Origin: a virus
Strand: one strand, 5' to 3'
IMG/VR virus record: IMGVR_UViG_3300028025_005797
Span: 1-64,000 of that record
Length of the DNA stretch: 64,000 bases
In this document: positions 12,447 to 25,000 of the stretch, one piece after another
How positions within the stretch are numbered: position 1 is the first letter of the stretch
Layout of the letters: the number at the start of each line of letters is the position of its first letter
Translations under genes and position numbers: made by a program
Notes under the pieces: generated by a model
Told to the model about the DNA's origin: nothing
The model's input: the letters and a program-made list of their open reading frames with translations, nothing else
Databases searched by the model: none

Positions 12447-13664
12447 CTAAACCGCATCTAGCCAAATACTGTATTCGCAAGTAACTCCATTATCAGGGTG
12501 AACGAACATCAAATGCTGACACGGTCTGCTCATTGAGGAAAAATACTCTTGAGCATAAGTGTTATAGCTTTCTGGTGAACCTGAGACCCTGAGCATTGAG
12601 CTACCTATGGTCATTTTAAATTGCTGATGATAGTGGCCCATAAATATATCTTCGAAGTGCTCTGGGATTGCGCCATCTTTCCACCCCATTGCCCTCTTAT
12701 AGTAGCCGTGATATTGCCCTGGTGCAGGCATTTGGTCACCATGAATTAATAGAGAACTATAGTTACCTATGGTGTCTACGGCATACCAATGTCTTTCGCC
12801 CTTGCCATCTGGAATATTGAAGGTTATTCTTGGCTCTTGCCTTCCTTCTTTGTAGAAGAATTCCATTGACTTATAAAGCAGTCTATCCATATTGGTTTCT
12901 GGATCATGTTGCTTCCTTGCGCGTCCACCTACTGCACCATGATTTCCTATTACACCAGTGACATGTACGTGTTCAAAGTGCTGCAATACGGTGTCAAAGA
13001 ACTTGCTTAGAATTGCTGGACCATTAACACCCACTTGTCTGTAGAGTCCAGAATCTATCAAGTGAGCTTGTCCTGGGAATATTTCTTCACCCTCTACGAT
13101 ATCGCCCAACAACCATACGTGAAGATTTTTAACAGGATGATGCTTTCTTTGTATTTCCGTTATCTCCAACAATTTCTGAGTATAGACTTCTATTCTTTCT
13201 GCCAAAACTTCAGAATTATAATCAGGAGTTATCTTACCCAATTGCCAGTCTGCAAATACCGCTACTGCTGTTTCAGCAACCCCTGGTAACATCTTAAGCG
13301 TCGGAGCTTTAATTGGAGCTGTTTCCACAGATGAGAAGGCATCAAATGCAGCTTGATAAACTGCATACACAGCTTCATCTTTTACGTTCTTATTCTTTTC
13401 AGCTGCTCTAGCCAAACGCCTATTTTCAGATCTTAAAAAGATAGATTGATCGGCGGCTGTGGCTTCATGGCTGTCTAGGAAAATTTGAGCATCCTGCTCT
13501 TCTTCGTCCCACACTTCTGTTATTTCAGTTTCAATAATTTCACAATCATCATGTAGTACTTCGCCAGGAAAATTATCATACCCTTCTGATACCATCCTTG
13601 CATGGGTCATGTTTTTTGCTTTTACTATCTGCTTTCTAATAACAGAGTAAGTTTGTTCAGACAT
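12447..13664 (-). CDS. Calcineurin-like metallophosphoesterase
   Basis: Motifs ADWQLG, LGDIVEG, GNHG, IHGD and GHYH in canonical order. Confidence 0.85.
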   Translation of the reverse strand: MSEQTYSVIRKQIVKAKNMTHARMVSEGYDNFPGEVLHDDCEIIETEITEVWDEEEQDAQIFLDSHEATAADQSIFLRSENRRLARAAEKNKNVKDEAVYAVYQAAFDAFSSVETAPIKAPTLKMLPGVAETAVAVFADWQLGKITPDYNSEVLAERIEVYTQKLLEITEIQRKHHPVKNLHVWLLGDIVEGEEIFPGQAHLIDSGLYRQVGVNGPAILSKFFDTVLQHFEHVHVTGVIGNHGAVGGRARKQHDPETNMDRLLYKSMEFFYKEGRQEPRITFNIPDGKGERHWYAVDTIGNYSSLLIHGDQMPAPGQYHGYYKRAMGWKDGAIPEHFEDIFMGHYHQQFKMTIGSSMLRVSGSPESYNTYAQEYFSSMSRPCQHLMFVHPDNGVTCEYSIWLDAV

Positions 13665-13687
13665 TGATTTACACCTTTTCTACTAGT

Positions 13688-14848
13688 TTACGCTCCCATT
13701 ATAACAGAGAATAGGCTAAGCGTACCAGCAGCCATGTAACTTTTATCATCAGATAGTCTATAATCTTTATTAGGTATATTTTTATTGTCTACTTTAATAT
13801 TACCAACAGTGACAGACATAATTAGCTCTGAAGAAAGCTTCATCTGTCTTTCTATTTCCGATATTGAAACTGAGTCACCAATTGTCAAACTGTTTAAATA
13901 TCTATTTAAGAAAATCTTTGACTGATTTTCCACACTTCTAGCAATTGCCCCTGAGGTTCCCTCTCTTAGGGTCAGGGTAGCTGAAACATCTACTAATTTT
14001 TTAGTAGCTATTCTTAAATTCATATTGATACCAACTGGTTTAACAGATTTAATTTTTTCATAAACCAACTGGCTCATTATGGTTATTCCAGCTTGCGTTT
14101 CTGGTATAACCACTATATCGCAAGTGCCAACACCAAGAGAAGCTTCTCTTATTTTTACATCTCTCACACCCTTAACTGACAGGGCTGCAAATCTAACAGA
14201 CTCCGCCGTACCAGATGCCGAGCCCCTTATTCCTGAGACTATTCTTCTTCTATAGTTATCGTCAGATTCTGAGTTAAGGCTACTGTAAACTTCCTTTGGA
14301 TTATTACAGTACACTACGATACCCGGAGGTGATATGAAATTATGTTTTACTAAGGTATTTCTAGCTGCGGTTACATTGTTGTCAGGAAATTTTGCCTTAA
14401 CTGAACCATATGCTCTTGTGTTACCTGTTGATATAACTACATCTGAATTTAACTCATACTGATATTGAGTTGAAGAAAATGCTGTCGTATCGTTATATAC
14501 AAGCGTTCCCTTTGGAATGGTCACTGTTGAGCTATGGGTTGTATTTAAATAAAATTCTATATTTCCAGTAACTCTTTCTGGAACTAATTCAGATGATATT
14601 GTTCTACGCTGAACGTTATAAAGGGTGCCAATCATGTCCAGATTTATCCCCGAAGCTGTTGAAAGATTTGACTGTTCTATGCTTACCTTTAGTGAATTAT
14701 AAAGATCACTAATTTCAGAATGAATTGCTTCTGCAAAAGCTCTAGCTATCGACCCAGGAGAAATAGCGCTAATCCCCGCATTTTTCTGTAGGGCGTTGAG
14801 GGTAGCTACCAGCATCTGCTCTTTACTCTTCATATTAACTGCTACCAC
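13688..14848 (-). CDS. Baseplate J-like wedge protein
   Basis: STASGINLDMIG, TIPKGTLV, ESDDNYRRRI, GTAESVRFAALSVKGV. Follows a gp25-like gene. Confidence 0.85.
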   Translation of the reverse strand: MVAVNMKSKEQMLVATLNALQKNAGISAISPGSIARAFAEAIHSEISDLYNSLKVSIEQSNLSTASGINLDMIGTLYNVQRRTISSELVPERVTGNIEFYLNTTHSSTVTIPKGTLVYNDTTAFSSTQYQYELNSDVVISTGNTRAYGSVKAKFPDNNVTAARNTLVKHNFISPPGIVVYCNNPKEVYSSLNSESDDNYRRRIVSGIRGSASGTAESVRFAALSVKGVRDVKIREASLGVGTCDIVVIPETQAGITIMSQLVYEKIKSVKPVGINMNLRIATKKLVDVSATLTLREGTSGAIARSVENQSKIFLNRYLNSLTIGDSVSISEIERQMKLSSELIMSVTVGNIKVDNKNIPNKDYRLSDDKSYMAAGTLSLFSVIMGA

Positions 14849-14849
14849 T

Positions 14850-15230
14850 TTAGGCTCCTAAGTCTTGCGTTATGGACAATATCGTAGGTTCATTTAAGTC
14901 ACCCATTAAATAAACATCAAACCTAATGGAGTCTGCGGAAACCGGTACTGCTTCAATAGTAATTTGTCTGTTTTTAAAAACCCCTTCTCTTTCTAGGGCT
15001 GCACGAATTAATCTTTTGCCGAAGTCGCCAGTTTGAGGATTCTGAGGCATTCCGTATAACATCGATAGCTGTGTCCCTAACTGAGGGTAAATAAAGAAAT
15101 CGCCTGGCTCTGTCATGAGTCGCATATATACATGTTGTATATCCTTTTCTGATGCGGTTTGGACCAAGCCTAAATCCCCAGATCCATTTACTACTAAATC
15201 ACCGCTAAGGCTGATATAAAAATCAGACAT
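14850..15230 (-). CDS. gp25/GpW-like baseplate wedge (sheath initiator)
   Basis: GDLVVNGSGDL...RLMTEPGDFFIYPQLGTQL, 126 aa, immediately upstream of the gpJ-like gene. Confidence 0.8.
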   Translation of the reverse strand: MSDFYISLSGDLVVNGSGDLGLVQTASEKDIQHVYMRLMTEPGDFFIYPQLGTQLSMLYGMPQNPQTGDFGKRLIRAALEREGVFKNRQITIEAVPVSADSIRFDVYLMGDLNEPTILSITQDLGA

Positions 15231-15933
15231 TATTATCTCCTATACTTTCTCTTACTTTAGCTAAAGCCTGCTCCACTGAATAGCCTTCTTCCATATAATT
15301 TTTAATTTTATCAGCAAAATCACGAACTGGTTCAGCTGAACTAGTAAGCTTCTTGTACTGATCTACAAGACTATCCCATGTAGATTGCATTAGTGATATT
15401 TGTGATTTTGTAAAATAATCATCTAATAAAGAATTTTCTAATACATTTACTGGAACAACATCAGTATTCGTAGTCTCTCTATAGGCGTAGTTACCGTTAA
15501 TAGTAACTGCTTGCTGTGAATCTTCTTGGTCTATTAAATCTAGATTTTTTATATAATGATCCATATTTAAAAATGCTGGATTATAAGATTTATCATTTGC
15601 GCTCACAAATGCTGGTTCCGAAAACAAAGTTGCAGAATGGTTAAATTCCATAGAGTTCCACTTTAGGCCATCTTCTTTTGTGTAAAACTTAATATTGTCC
15701 GCAAAAAGAGAAATGGTTTTTGTTGAACCATTTATAACTATACCTACTCCGGGTGCTGAAAATATTTCTATATCACCAGAATCCGTTAACCTTATGAAAG
15801 ATGGGTTATCTGGATGGGTTAGTCCTACTTCTCTTTGAGAAAAGTTTTTTCTTCTATTTAATTCATCTATTTCGGAAGCGGTCTTACCAGCTACTGATTC
15901 AAATGATTTCTGTGCGTTAATTTTTTCTGACAT
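15223..15933 (-). CDS. Baseplate-associated protein (possible spike-related)
   Basis: Short beta-strand run SFIRLTDSGDIEIFSAPGVGIVING; synteny. Confidence 0.45.
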   Translation of the reverse strand: MSEKINAQKSFESVAGKTASEIDELNRRKNFSQREVGLTHPDNPSFIRLTDSGDIEIFSAPGVGIVINGSTKTISLFADNIKFYTKEDGLKWNSMEFNHSATLFSEPAFVSANDKSYNPAFLNMDHYIKNLDLIDQEDSQQAVTINGNYAYRETTNTDVVPVNVLENSLLDDYFTKSQISLMQSTWDSLVDQYKKLTSSAEPVRDFADKIKNYMEEGYSVEQALAKVRESIGDNNV

Positions 15934-15934
15934 T

Positions 15935-16297
15935 TTAAACCATAAACTTTGGTACGCCAGTATCTACACTGTAATTGGGCATGTATTTTCCTACGCTATT
16001 TGTATCGTCTATATATGATACTATATGCGGATATCTTTCATTGACATCGGCAAAGCCTACTATGCATCGTGTCCCAGCTGTTGGTGCAACGCTCTGTATA
16101 CCAAGGGTAGACGGACATGGAACATTTCTTACCATGTCTCCAATTTGATTTGTCATTCTATCATCTAAGATAATTACAGCCGTATTATTCATCTTATTAT
16201 ATGACATAATAGTTCCAGATCTTGTCTTAGATTGTTGAAGCTGATTATTGGTAATGTGTGAATTTAATTTTTCGTCAAACTTTGGATATTGTTTCAT
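15935..16297 (-). CDS. Small baseplate protein, possible spike OB-fold
   Basis: RSGTIMSYN...NVPCP...PTAGTRCIVGF resembles the N-terminal OB fold of gpV/gp5; synteny. Confidence 0.45.
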   Translation of the reverse strand: MKQYPKFDEKLNSHITNNQLQQSKTRSGTIMSYNKMNNTAVIILDDRMTNQIGDMVRNVPCPSTLGIQSVAPTAGTRCIVGFADVNERYPHIVSYIDDTNSVGKYMPNYSVDTGVPKFMV

Positions 16298-16308
16298 TTG
16301 CTATCTCC

Positions 16309-19063
16309 TTATGCGCTCCACGCAGATGAAGATCCGGCGTAAGAGTACTTACTTCCTGGGAAGGTTGTTGAATTTATATTTCTTGGTCTTGGTCTTTGTG
16401 AGTCTTCACTCTCATCATGCTGGTCAACATATTGACCGTTTCCTACCGAAACTCCTACGTGGCCATAGCCATCAGCCCCACCTTGCCAAAACACCAAATA
16501 ACCAGCTGGTGGGTTCTTTCCAAATTCGGTGTCTGGTCCATAAAATGAGGAGCTAGATATAAGATTAGACAAGTGTTCTCCTGCTGTTGGGAATGAACTA
16601 AGAGTAGGCGTAGGCACAGTATACTCACCTTCATTACCTGCAGTTGTCCACTCATCTGTAAATAGCGCAGTTTGCGCTGAACCGAATAATCCCAGAGCAG
16701 CTGAAAGAACTCTTGCAAATCTATCGCAACCAAAGTTTCCTTCAAGATCTGGACGATACTTAGCAAGCCACTGAGGAATTTTATTTGTACTAATCCAGTC
16801 TGCGGCTTGCTCAATTTGATCCTTAGTGAACGATGCGGGCGAGCCATCTCCTCCAGCACCTTGAGAACTAACAACATCTACCTCATATGTAATGATTCCG
16901 CTAGCTTCTTCGTTTATCAATGAACCATCCTTAGGGCTACTATAGAAAACGGTTCCATCCATCCACGCTTCTATATAGTTTACTGTTTTTTTATTATGCT
17001 TTTTAAAGTTTGTTCTAACCCAATCCTCTAGTGTTGTTATTGGCTTTCCTGTTGTTAGATATACGTTAACAGCGTTTTGAAATTTTATTCCAAATATAAA
17101 TCCACAATCAGATCTTGGCGTACCGTCTGAATTATTGTAATCTCCCCAATGAAAAAAGCCGCTAGACGTATCTATTTTATTTAAATTTTTAAAATCTTTT
17201 CTACTCCATTTATCCATGAGCATCCAGATTTGATTAATTGGGAACCATAATCTTTCATCAGTAGTAGACTTTGATGCCTCTTTATTGGTGGTTGTACTAT
17301 AAACCTCTACTAATTTCTTTGCTACAGCGTTGGGATCCCAGGAAGAAGCTTCTGGGGCAGCGTATGCAAGCCTGTGTGCTTGCACCAACTGTTTTGTTGC
17401 AGCAGAACCATCGTAATAAATTGGCACGTTGCTTGATGTGTTAGTTGACCTCGTAATTAAAGAAATTAAATTATATTGAAACATTCCAATTGAAACGTCA
17501 CCACCCCAACTTGTTTTACCATCACTGCATTTTCCGTTATACGCAGCTGGGCTAGCTCCACTTTCTCTTCCTGTTATGGCGCAAAAAATTGCTGCTGCCT
17601 CGTCAGAGAATGGACCTTCCTGAGAAAGCATTATAAATAACTCGTAAGGGGTTATTGGTGGACCACCATTTTTATAGTTTTTATAGGCTTTTTCTTTTGC
17701 CGATGTTGCACTTGCCGAATTATCTATTGGGTTTCCATTTTCATCTAATAGTTGGCTAGCTGCATCGGCGGTCTTCCAACCACCAGAACCAATGTACTTG
17801 CCACCTCTTTGTGGACTAAAGCTAATATGGATATTATCTGTATGCTCTGGACCAAATTCAAAGTTAACATATTTTAAATTTGGATACTGTGTTTTGATTG
17901 CAGTATCAACTTCCCCATAGCCCTCTCCAACTCCCTTATCCTTCGCAACATCTGGATCAATAACTATAAGATCCGGCATTAATGGCTGAGGTATTGTATT
18001 AAGCTTTTGCAGAACCATGTCAAGTGCAGCTGCATATCTTTCTTTACCTCTTATAACGCCATAGTCACCAACTGATCTAATGTCGAATGCCCTTCCAAAA
18101 ACATGGTCAGAAATAGAATTTTTACTATTCTTATCAATTCCACTTTCTGGATTCGAATGCCTACTTGTCTTATCACTTTCTGATAATACAGCTCTATTAA
18201 GAGCAAACGTTCCATTTAGTTTAACACCCTTATTAACATCTGTTATCATTAACAAACATTCTATTAAAGAAGCACTGATATATGCTTTTTTCTTTGGAGC
18301 ACTTATTAATGCTGAATCAACAGAATTGTCAGCTGTTTTATATTCATCACTGTAATAAGAATTTGTTTGAACAAAAGAATAAGAAGACAGAACATCTGGT
18401 ATGTCAAATTGAAATCCAAGTGTTAAAGCCGGTTCATTTATAGATTGCTTAAGTAGTGTTCCTCTATCTATGTAGATTTGCTTTTCTTCTTCACTCAAAT
18501 CTTCTTCTGTTGCAACAGCTCTTTCTCCTAAACCTGGAGCATTGCCGTCTATTGTATAGGCGGTGTTATTATGTGTAAATAATGCTCCAGTAGAATCTCC
18601 AACTTTAGACTTATCATTTCCTGGCCATTTTCCATTTGTTGATTCCAGTAAAGGGTTTAAAACTGACGTTGGTGCAAAACCAGTTCCAACTAAAGACTGA
18701 GAAACTACTTTTAAGTAGGCTTGGTCGCCTTTTAATACATCAACATCTCCCGGTCCTTGATAATCTGGATTAGCTATCTGGAATGCATCACCAGACTGAA
18801 TCCCCGTTGCAAGAATAGAATGAAGGGATGACCTAACAAACCTAGACGATGCGTCTGCTAATGCTGCAGGATTTCTAGTTAATGCTCCGTCCAGCCATTA
18901 TGTCTGTTAAATTTCTAGATGTTAATGTTTGATTTGCATACTTTTCTTTTGATGCAGAAGTAACTAAACTGGCACTTCCGCCAGGATTATAACCTTCTGA
19001 TAACTTTGATATAAAAGTAGCAGAATCATCAAAATCATTTAAGTTAAAATTAAAATCAGACAT
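16309..19063 (-). CDS. Tail-associated multi-domain peptidoglycan hydrolase, about 917 aa after a +1 shift at CGGA 18889 (M15-like peptidase, lysozyme/SLT-like, CHAP/NlpC-like)
   Basis: ORF 18875-19063 joins 16309-18498 through an open +1 frame (GALTRNPAALADASS...EEDLSEEEK). Motifs SDHVFGRAFD...HIS; RESG...GMFQYN; GCDRF...GHVG. Confidence 0.75.
18886..18889 (-). other. +1 recoding site 2: GGA CGG A
   Basis: Codon 59. Zero frame reads CGG AGC ATT AAC TAG; the +1 frame is open to 16309. Confidence 0.8.
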
Positions 19064-19068
19064 AGTTT

Positions 19069-22000
19069 TTACAATCCACCCTTTTGCTCAACGTAGTTTG
19101 GCATTGGTATATATCTATCTAAGCCGCCAGTAGAGGCTCTCTCTCTTAATAGATCAACGGTATACACTTGAGCTAAATTATTGGTTACTAGCTCCCAATT
19201 AAGAGTCGCTGGTACTCCATCATTATAGTACTCATCCCAAGAAATATATGGCCATTCTGATGCTTTTGAATAAAGAACTTCTAATATCTTAAAATTAACT
19301 AAATCATTAAAAAGTTTTCTTTCATCATTAGTTATAGTTAGGAGTGGATCTGTTTCTCCTGTAATTTCAAAATGGTTTTCCATATCTGAAGTGTATATTG
19401 AGTTATATATTTCATCAAACTTTTTACCAAATACTGATTCATCATAAAGAGTTTCTTTAAATTTTTTCTTTTTTTCTATAATGCTTAAGCCGATATATCG
19501 CACAAAGAAAGATCTTATTAACGCAATATTGGCTTCCTTATCTTCATCAAGTATTCTATAGAATACTGTTCCTAAAGATTTTTCTCTTTCCTGATCTCCG
19601 TAATTAACACCCTTAAAATAACTATTTGTATTATTAATTCTTGAACCAGGTGATAAATCATCTTCTGTGTAAATGGAAACTGATGATTGATCATTTGGAG
19701 AAATTCTAATAACAAAAGGTTTATCTCTAAGTCTTTCACTTACAAAAATTGCTGATCTTCCACCTGGAGAATTAACATTTATTGCAGTTGTCGGATCATC
19801 TGGTTTATATCCAGCTTGAATAGAAGTATTTGTATATGCTTGGAATGTTCCAAGACTTGAAGCTATTATTCCTTCTAATCTAACCTTAAATGGTTGACCA
19901 GTTGGATTCATTAAATCTATTACTTCTATTTCGTCACCATCTATAACATTATTTAATTTGCATATGACTTTAAAGTATTGATTTAATCCTGTTTTATCTG
20001 GACCAGTTCCAGAATACTTTAACACCTCAGCATTAACTAATGCGTTTTCATAACTTACATATCTCACTAGGTCTGTTATTTCTTTTTCCTTCCAGCCCAA
20101 ACTCTTAAGTAGGTCATCATTTCTGATAAATGCATTGCCGTCAACAGTTCTAACTTTACTCTTTACCCCTAAAATACCAGGAAGAAGTCTCTTGGTGTGA
20201 TATCTACCAACAACCATTCCTTGATTTATTGAAAGACTTGCGTCCATTGGTTGACCATTTTTATTTAAGTAGGATATATAACAACCGTGTTGGTCCAAAA
20301 CATTATCCCTTACCCACTTCCAGCCCTTCCAGAACAAATCAGATGCTACTCCAGCACCAATTCCAGCACCAATTGGACCACCAAGAAGCGCTCCAGCTGT
20401 TGCGGTTAGACCAACCGTAGTCAAGTAAGTTGCTGCAATTCCTTTTAAGCTCATTCCATTTTCGGAATTTTGTTTCATTTGATTCTCTATTTGCGATTGA
20501 GCATCTGTCAGTCCCTCGGCTGCAAAGTTTGCCATTATGTCAGACATGAGTGCACTTGATCCGTGAGTAAATTGTACGCCACCCATCATCTGCGATCTTA
20601 GCGCTTCTGACATACCATCAACAGAAATGTTTCCACCCGATAATATTCCAGTGCTTCCAGCTTGCACTGAATTAATTAAACTTCTTGTGTCATTTCTAAT
20701 ATTTTGAATTGACATCCAAGAGTGAATCCAACTGGACATAAACCATCTAGCTGGATCATTTACCGTTACAAGAGCGTTAGGCGTAATGGAAGTAATGAAT
20801 CCCATATTTGGAGTAAAGTGATGAACTACTTGTTCAACTTCAAAAATTCCATACATTCTTTCATAGACGTCAGCTAGATAAACTAAATCATGAGGTCTTA
20901 TGTCTGGACTTCCTATTACAATTAACTCTCCAGAATAAATATCTTTTAGCGATTCTTTAAGGTGAGCTAAGGCAACTCTTCTTGCCATTAATTCATCTGG
21001 CGCACCTTGAGATAGTTTTATTGCTCCTCTTGCAAATTCTATTGGATGGAATAGTGGTTGAGCGATTCCGAATAAACCTTCACCAGCTATATTATCGAAA
21101 TACAAACCAGTTTCTACAGTTTTTTCGACTTGTCTTTCTGCTGGAATACTCTTATCCAAAGCTACGGTTACTGGATATTTTCCTTCAGAAACAGCAGTTA
21201 CTTGAGTAGCTACGTTAGTTGTAGTCTCTTGTATGTTATTAGCTATAATGGTTGAGAATGAACTTAGGTAATGTATTTTCTGGAATGGTTCACGCACTTC
21301 AACCACTGGTTCGCCATATTCTCTCGTAAATGGGTTATCGATAGCTCTTAGGAGCGATCCAGGTCTTCCTAGTGAATAGTAAATGGAATCGTTTAATACC
21401 TTGTTCATGATGTTCGCTTGCTTAGAGAAGTTATCTATATTAGATAGACCATACCCCATTTGAAGCATCGACATTCTAAACATATTCATTAGCCCTGAGA
21501 GACCATCGCTTAACGCTGTGAACAATGGTCCAATATTTTGGTCCCAGAAACTATCAATGTTATGAGTTAATACACCAACTACGTTTCCTGCGCTATTACC
21601 CTCACCTTTATTATCAGCTAAAAGCTTCAGGAACTTTCTTTTATCTGATGCGTAATCTTGATTTGGATCAATGAATGCAGCAAATATTTTATGGACAGGA
21701 CTAAAATCCCACATATCATCACTTGAATATTGTCTATTTGGTTTTAATACTAACCAAGCTCGCGCATATGCATCTTGCCACATTGCTTGTCTAAACATTC
21801 CAACTATTAATAAAAACACTTGCTTTGGTGTAAAGTTATCTTTAATTATGTCATCTGCTTTTGGCTGCCCACCACCAACATCAGCACCAAGTATTAAAGA
21901 CAAATTAGATTGTGACTGTAAGAATAATCCTAATTTTTTATATTTTGTTTTTGTTAGAGCATCAAAATATCTAACTAATCCACCTTCGTCAAGTGGTGCG

Positions 22001-25000
22001 TCAACTAAATTTTTTCTAGCAAATTCTATAGCTTGCTTAACCGTATCGGAACTAACTGATAGTCCAGCTCCAGATTCAATTTGTCTCTCCATCGAATCTG
22101 CTGTACCATATGGTTTTCCAGTTCTTTGATTTGGATTTGCTATAAAGTCACTTCCAAGCAATAGGCTGAATTCATCTACCGCAGTAGCGTCTGGACCATT
22201 AGCGCTAAACAGTTTGAATATGTCTGGATTTGCTTTTGGATTTCTTAATATGTCTATTAAAAAATCTGGAAGTGGAGTTTTATCATCTGGATCCATTCCA
22301 AAAGCATCGAAAAATATCTTCTTTACTGCTATCTCATTATGATACCCGAACCTAAATTGATCCCATACATCATTTGCTTGATTAAGATTTCTACCATTTC
22401 CAGCTATAACATGAGTAGCTTGACTGAAACCCTCATCAAAGAACTCTCTAGCTCTTATAGACTCTGGTGATGCTGGATCATATACGGGAGCAAAACGTTC
22501 TCTTCCTGAGCCAGTTTTAGTGTCTCCAGTTGTAGGAAGTTCATCATCTAATATCTTATATAGTGCTTCTCGCTCAAGAGGGCTATATTCTGCTTTTAGT
22601 ATGTAGTCAAAATAACTATTCTCTTCACCTGCTCCAGCCAATATATTTCCACCTCTAGCAGCTGCTTCAGCAAAGTGCCCTTGATCAAGTAATGTTATTC
22701 CACTTATCGGAATATATTCTTGCCACTGAGTATTCGTAAAAGCTGTTGGCCTTTCATTTAATAACTCTAATTGTCTTTCAATTGAGTCAGCTGAGCCAGA
22801 TAGCCCTAACTTCTGCATGCCTGCTTTAGTTGCTTCTTCTACTAAAAGTTTTCCATCACCTTCTGCTGAAAATGTTCCAAAGCCAACGAAGTATGAATTA
22901 TCGATATCTGACTCACCCTTATATCTAAATTCATTAGCTGGGTTATATATTGTCGTTACAACACCAAGTGGAATGCTATCGTCAACAAAAGTAAAATAAC
23001 AATCTCTTGGCATTGGCACTGGTGCTAACCCAGCTTGAGTTAGTACTCTAGTTCGTTCTGAAGCTGCGTCATCGCTATTAAAAAATTCTTTTTCATTTTC
23101 CGTTAAATGCATTATCCCAAGAAAATATGCTGCGTCTGGAGAAACTACGGCAGCTAAATCCACTTCGGTAAATGTATCATTTTTAAAGTTTATGAAATGA
23201 TCTTCATCTCTTCCCTTGGCAAAATCTCCAGAAGCGTTGTTACCAGTTATGAGATCTGCTTTGTCGGTACCCCATAAGAAGTAAGCTGGTTTACATACAA
23301 CAGCTGTTCTAGTTGTTGGACTATAGACTAAGACTTTTCTATTCTTATAATCTTTTGGTTTTCCATAAAACTGATTTACATCTCTATCTGAAAAGTATTT
23401 ATCTTTAAACTTTTTAAATATTTCATCATCTTTATCTTCAGTTATTTCATATGGCCATCTCATAGCTATATAGAATTGTTCATCAAGTGCATTAGTTGGA
23501 GATCCCCAATCTCTATAGCTAAATGGGCTTCCAGAAGTAATTGCATTTTGATTAATATACTCGTACTCCCAAGATCCCTCAAGGGGATTTAATCCTCTAC
23601 TTTGCTCTCGCAAAGAGGGTAGTGGCATTCTTATTAGCGACTTACTTCCCATGGCTCCATCTGTACTTAAGTCAAATATAAATTTATCGTTACCAAACGT
23701 ATTAATTGGATTAAGTGCTGCAGTAAATGAAACTGCTGCAAGATTTATAACAAACTCATCTGCGGAGCCACCTTCACGATTATCTGTTAGTGAACCAGCA
23801 ATTAAGCCTGCTTCCGTATCTATTAAACTTGTATATAGAGTATCATTGCCTAATTTTTCAAAATCTTTATCACCATCATGTATGGTTCCAGTCTTGAGTC
23901 TGTCATCACCCTCTCCTGACCTATTGCTACTTAATGCATAGAATGCGTAATCCAATAAAGCTGCTCCAGCAACTCTGTCTGTAAAAAATGGAAAAGAAAA
24001 CCTAAGCGGCATTTGCGGTATTTCTTTGTGTATATTTTTCATTTTTTCAATATCTAACTCAGATGCTTTTCCACTGGAATCTATTGGCAAGTGAAAACCA
24101 ACTGTTACGTAACCTTTACTCTTGGGTATTTCTGACAAAATATCATTCTTTTTTCCTGCCAGTTGCCTATCCATACTATCTGCATTAACTGATAACGTAG
24201 TGCTATTCTTACTTCCATAATATGTGGTTCTTGAAGGGTCTAGGAAGTTAATTACCTTACCTCTTAGTATTCCGGCTGGTGCATATATATCTGAATATGA
24301 TGATTGCTGTTTAACTATTTCAGAAATAGATATTGCTGGATTTTGTGCTTGCCTCATTGCTTCATAATCAGCAGTAGAGTTTGACTGCTTATTAACCTTT
24401 GTTAAAAGATCCATTAATTCAGAATCTGGACTTCTATAACTTGGGGTCTTTAGTCCTAGTTCTACGGCTCTTTTTTCAGAAGGAAAACCAGTAGTGATTG
24501 GAACTACTGCTGACGTGTATAACCAGTGTGGTTTGCCATAGAATACTGTTGATCTATCTTCGAACGGTCTTACTGCAACAATATAGTTAGGAAGTAGTCT
24601 TGCGCACATTTGGAAAAGATCCCAAACAGATTTCATATATGTTTGTGCTCTAAATGAAACTTCATCAAAGCCTGGCATGTCGTCATCAAGATCGCTGATT
24701 AGTCCAAATGTTTTCCAAATATTTACACCGCCTCTACCAGTTAAGCTTCCAAGCAAAGATGCCCCTCCGCCAACTGCCATAGCTCCACCTATAAATGGAA
24801 GGGCAATGCCGCCTGTACCAATGGCTAACGCGGCTCCTGCTGCTAGTAATCCACCACCAAGTATGTTAGCCGCAGTTCCACCGCTAGCTCTTGCTTCCAT
24901 TCCCTGTGTTAGGTTGTCTATTGCAGCTGAGGCGTTTTCGGATCCTGAATCATATCTTTGGAGTAGATTATTCCAAGAAGAATCTGTGAGTCTGTTTAAG

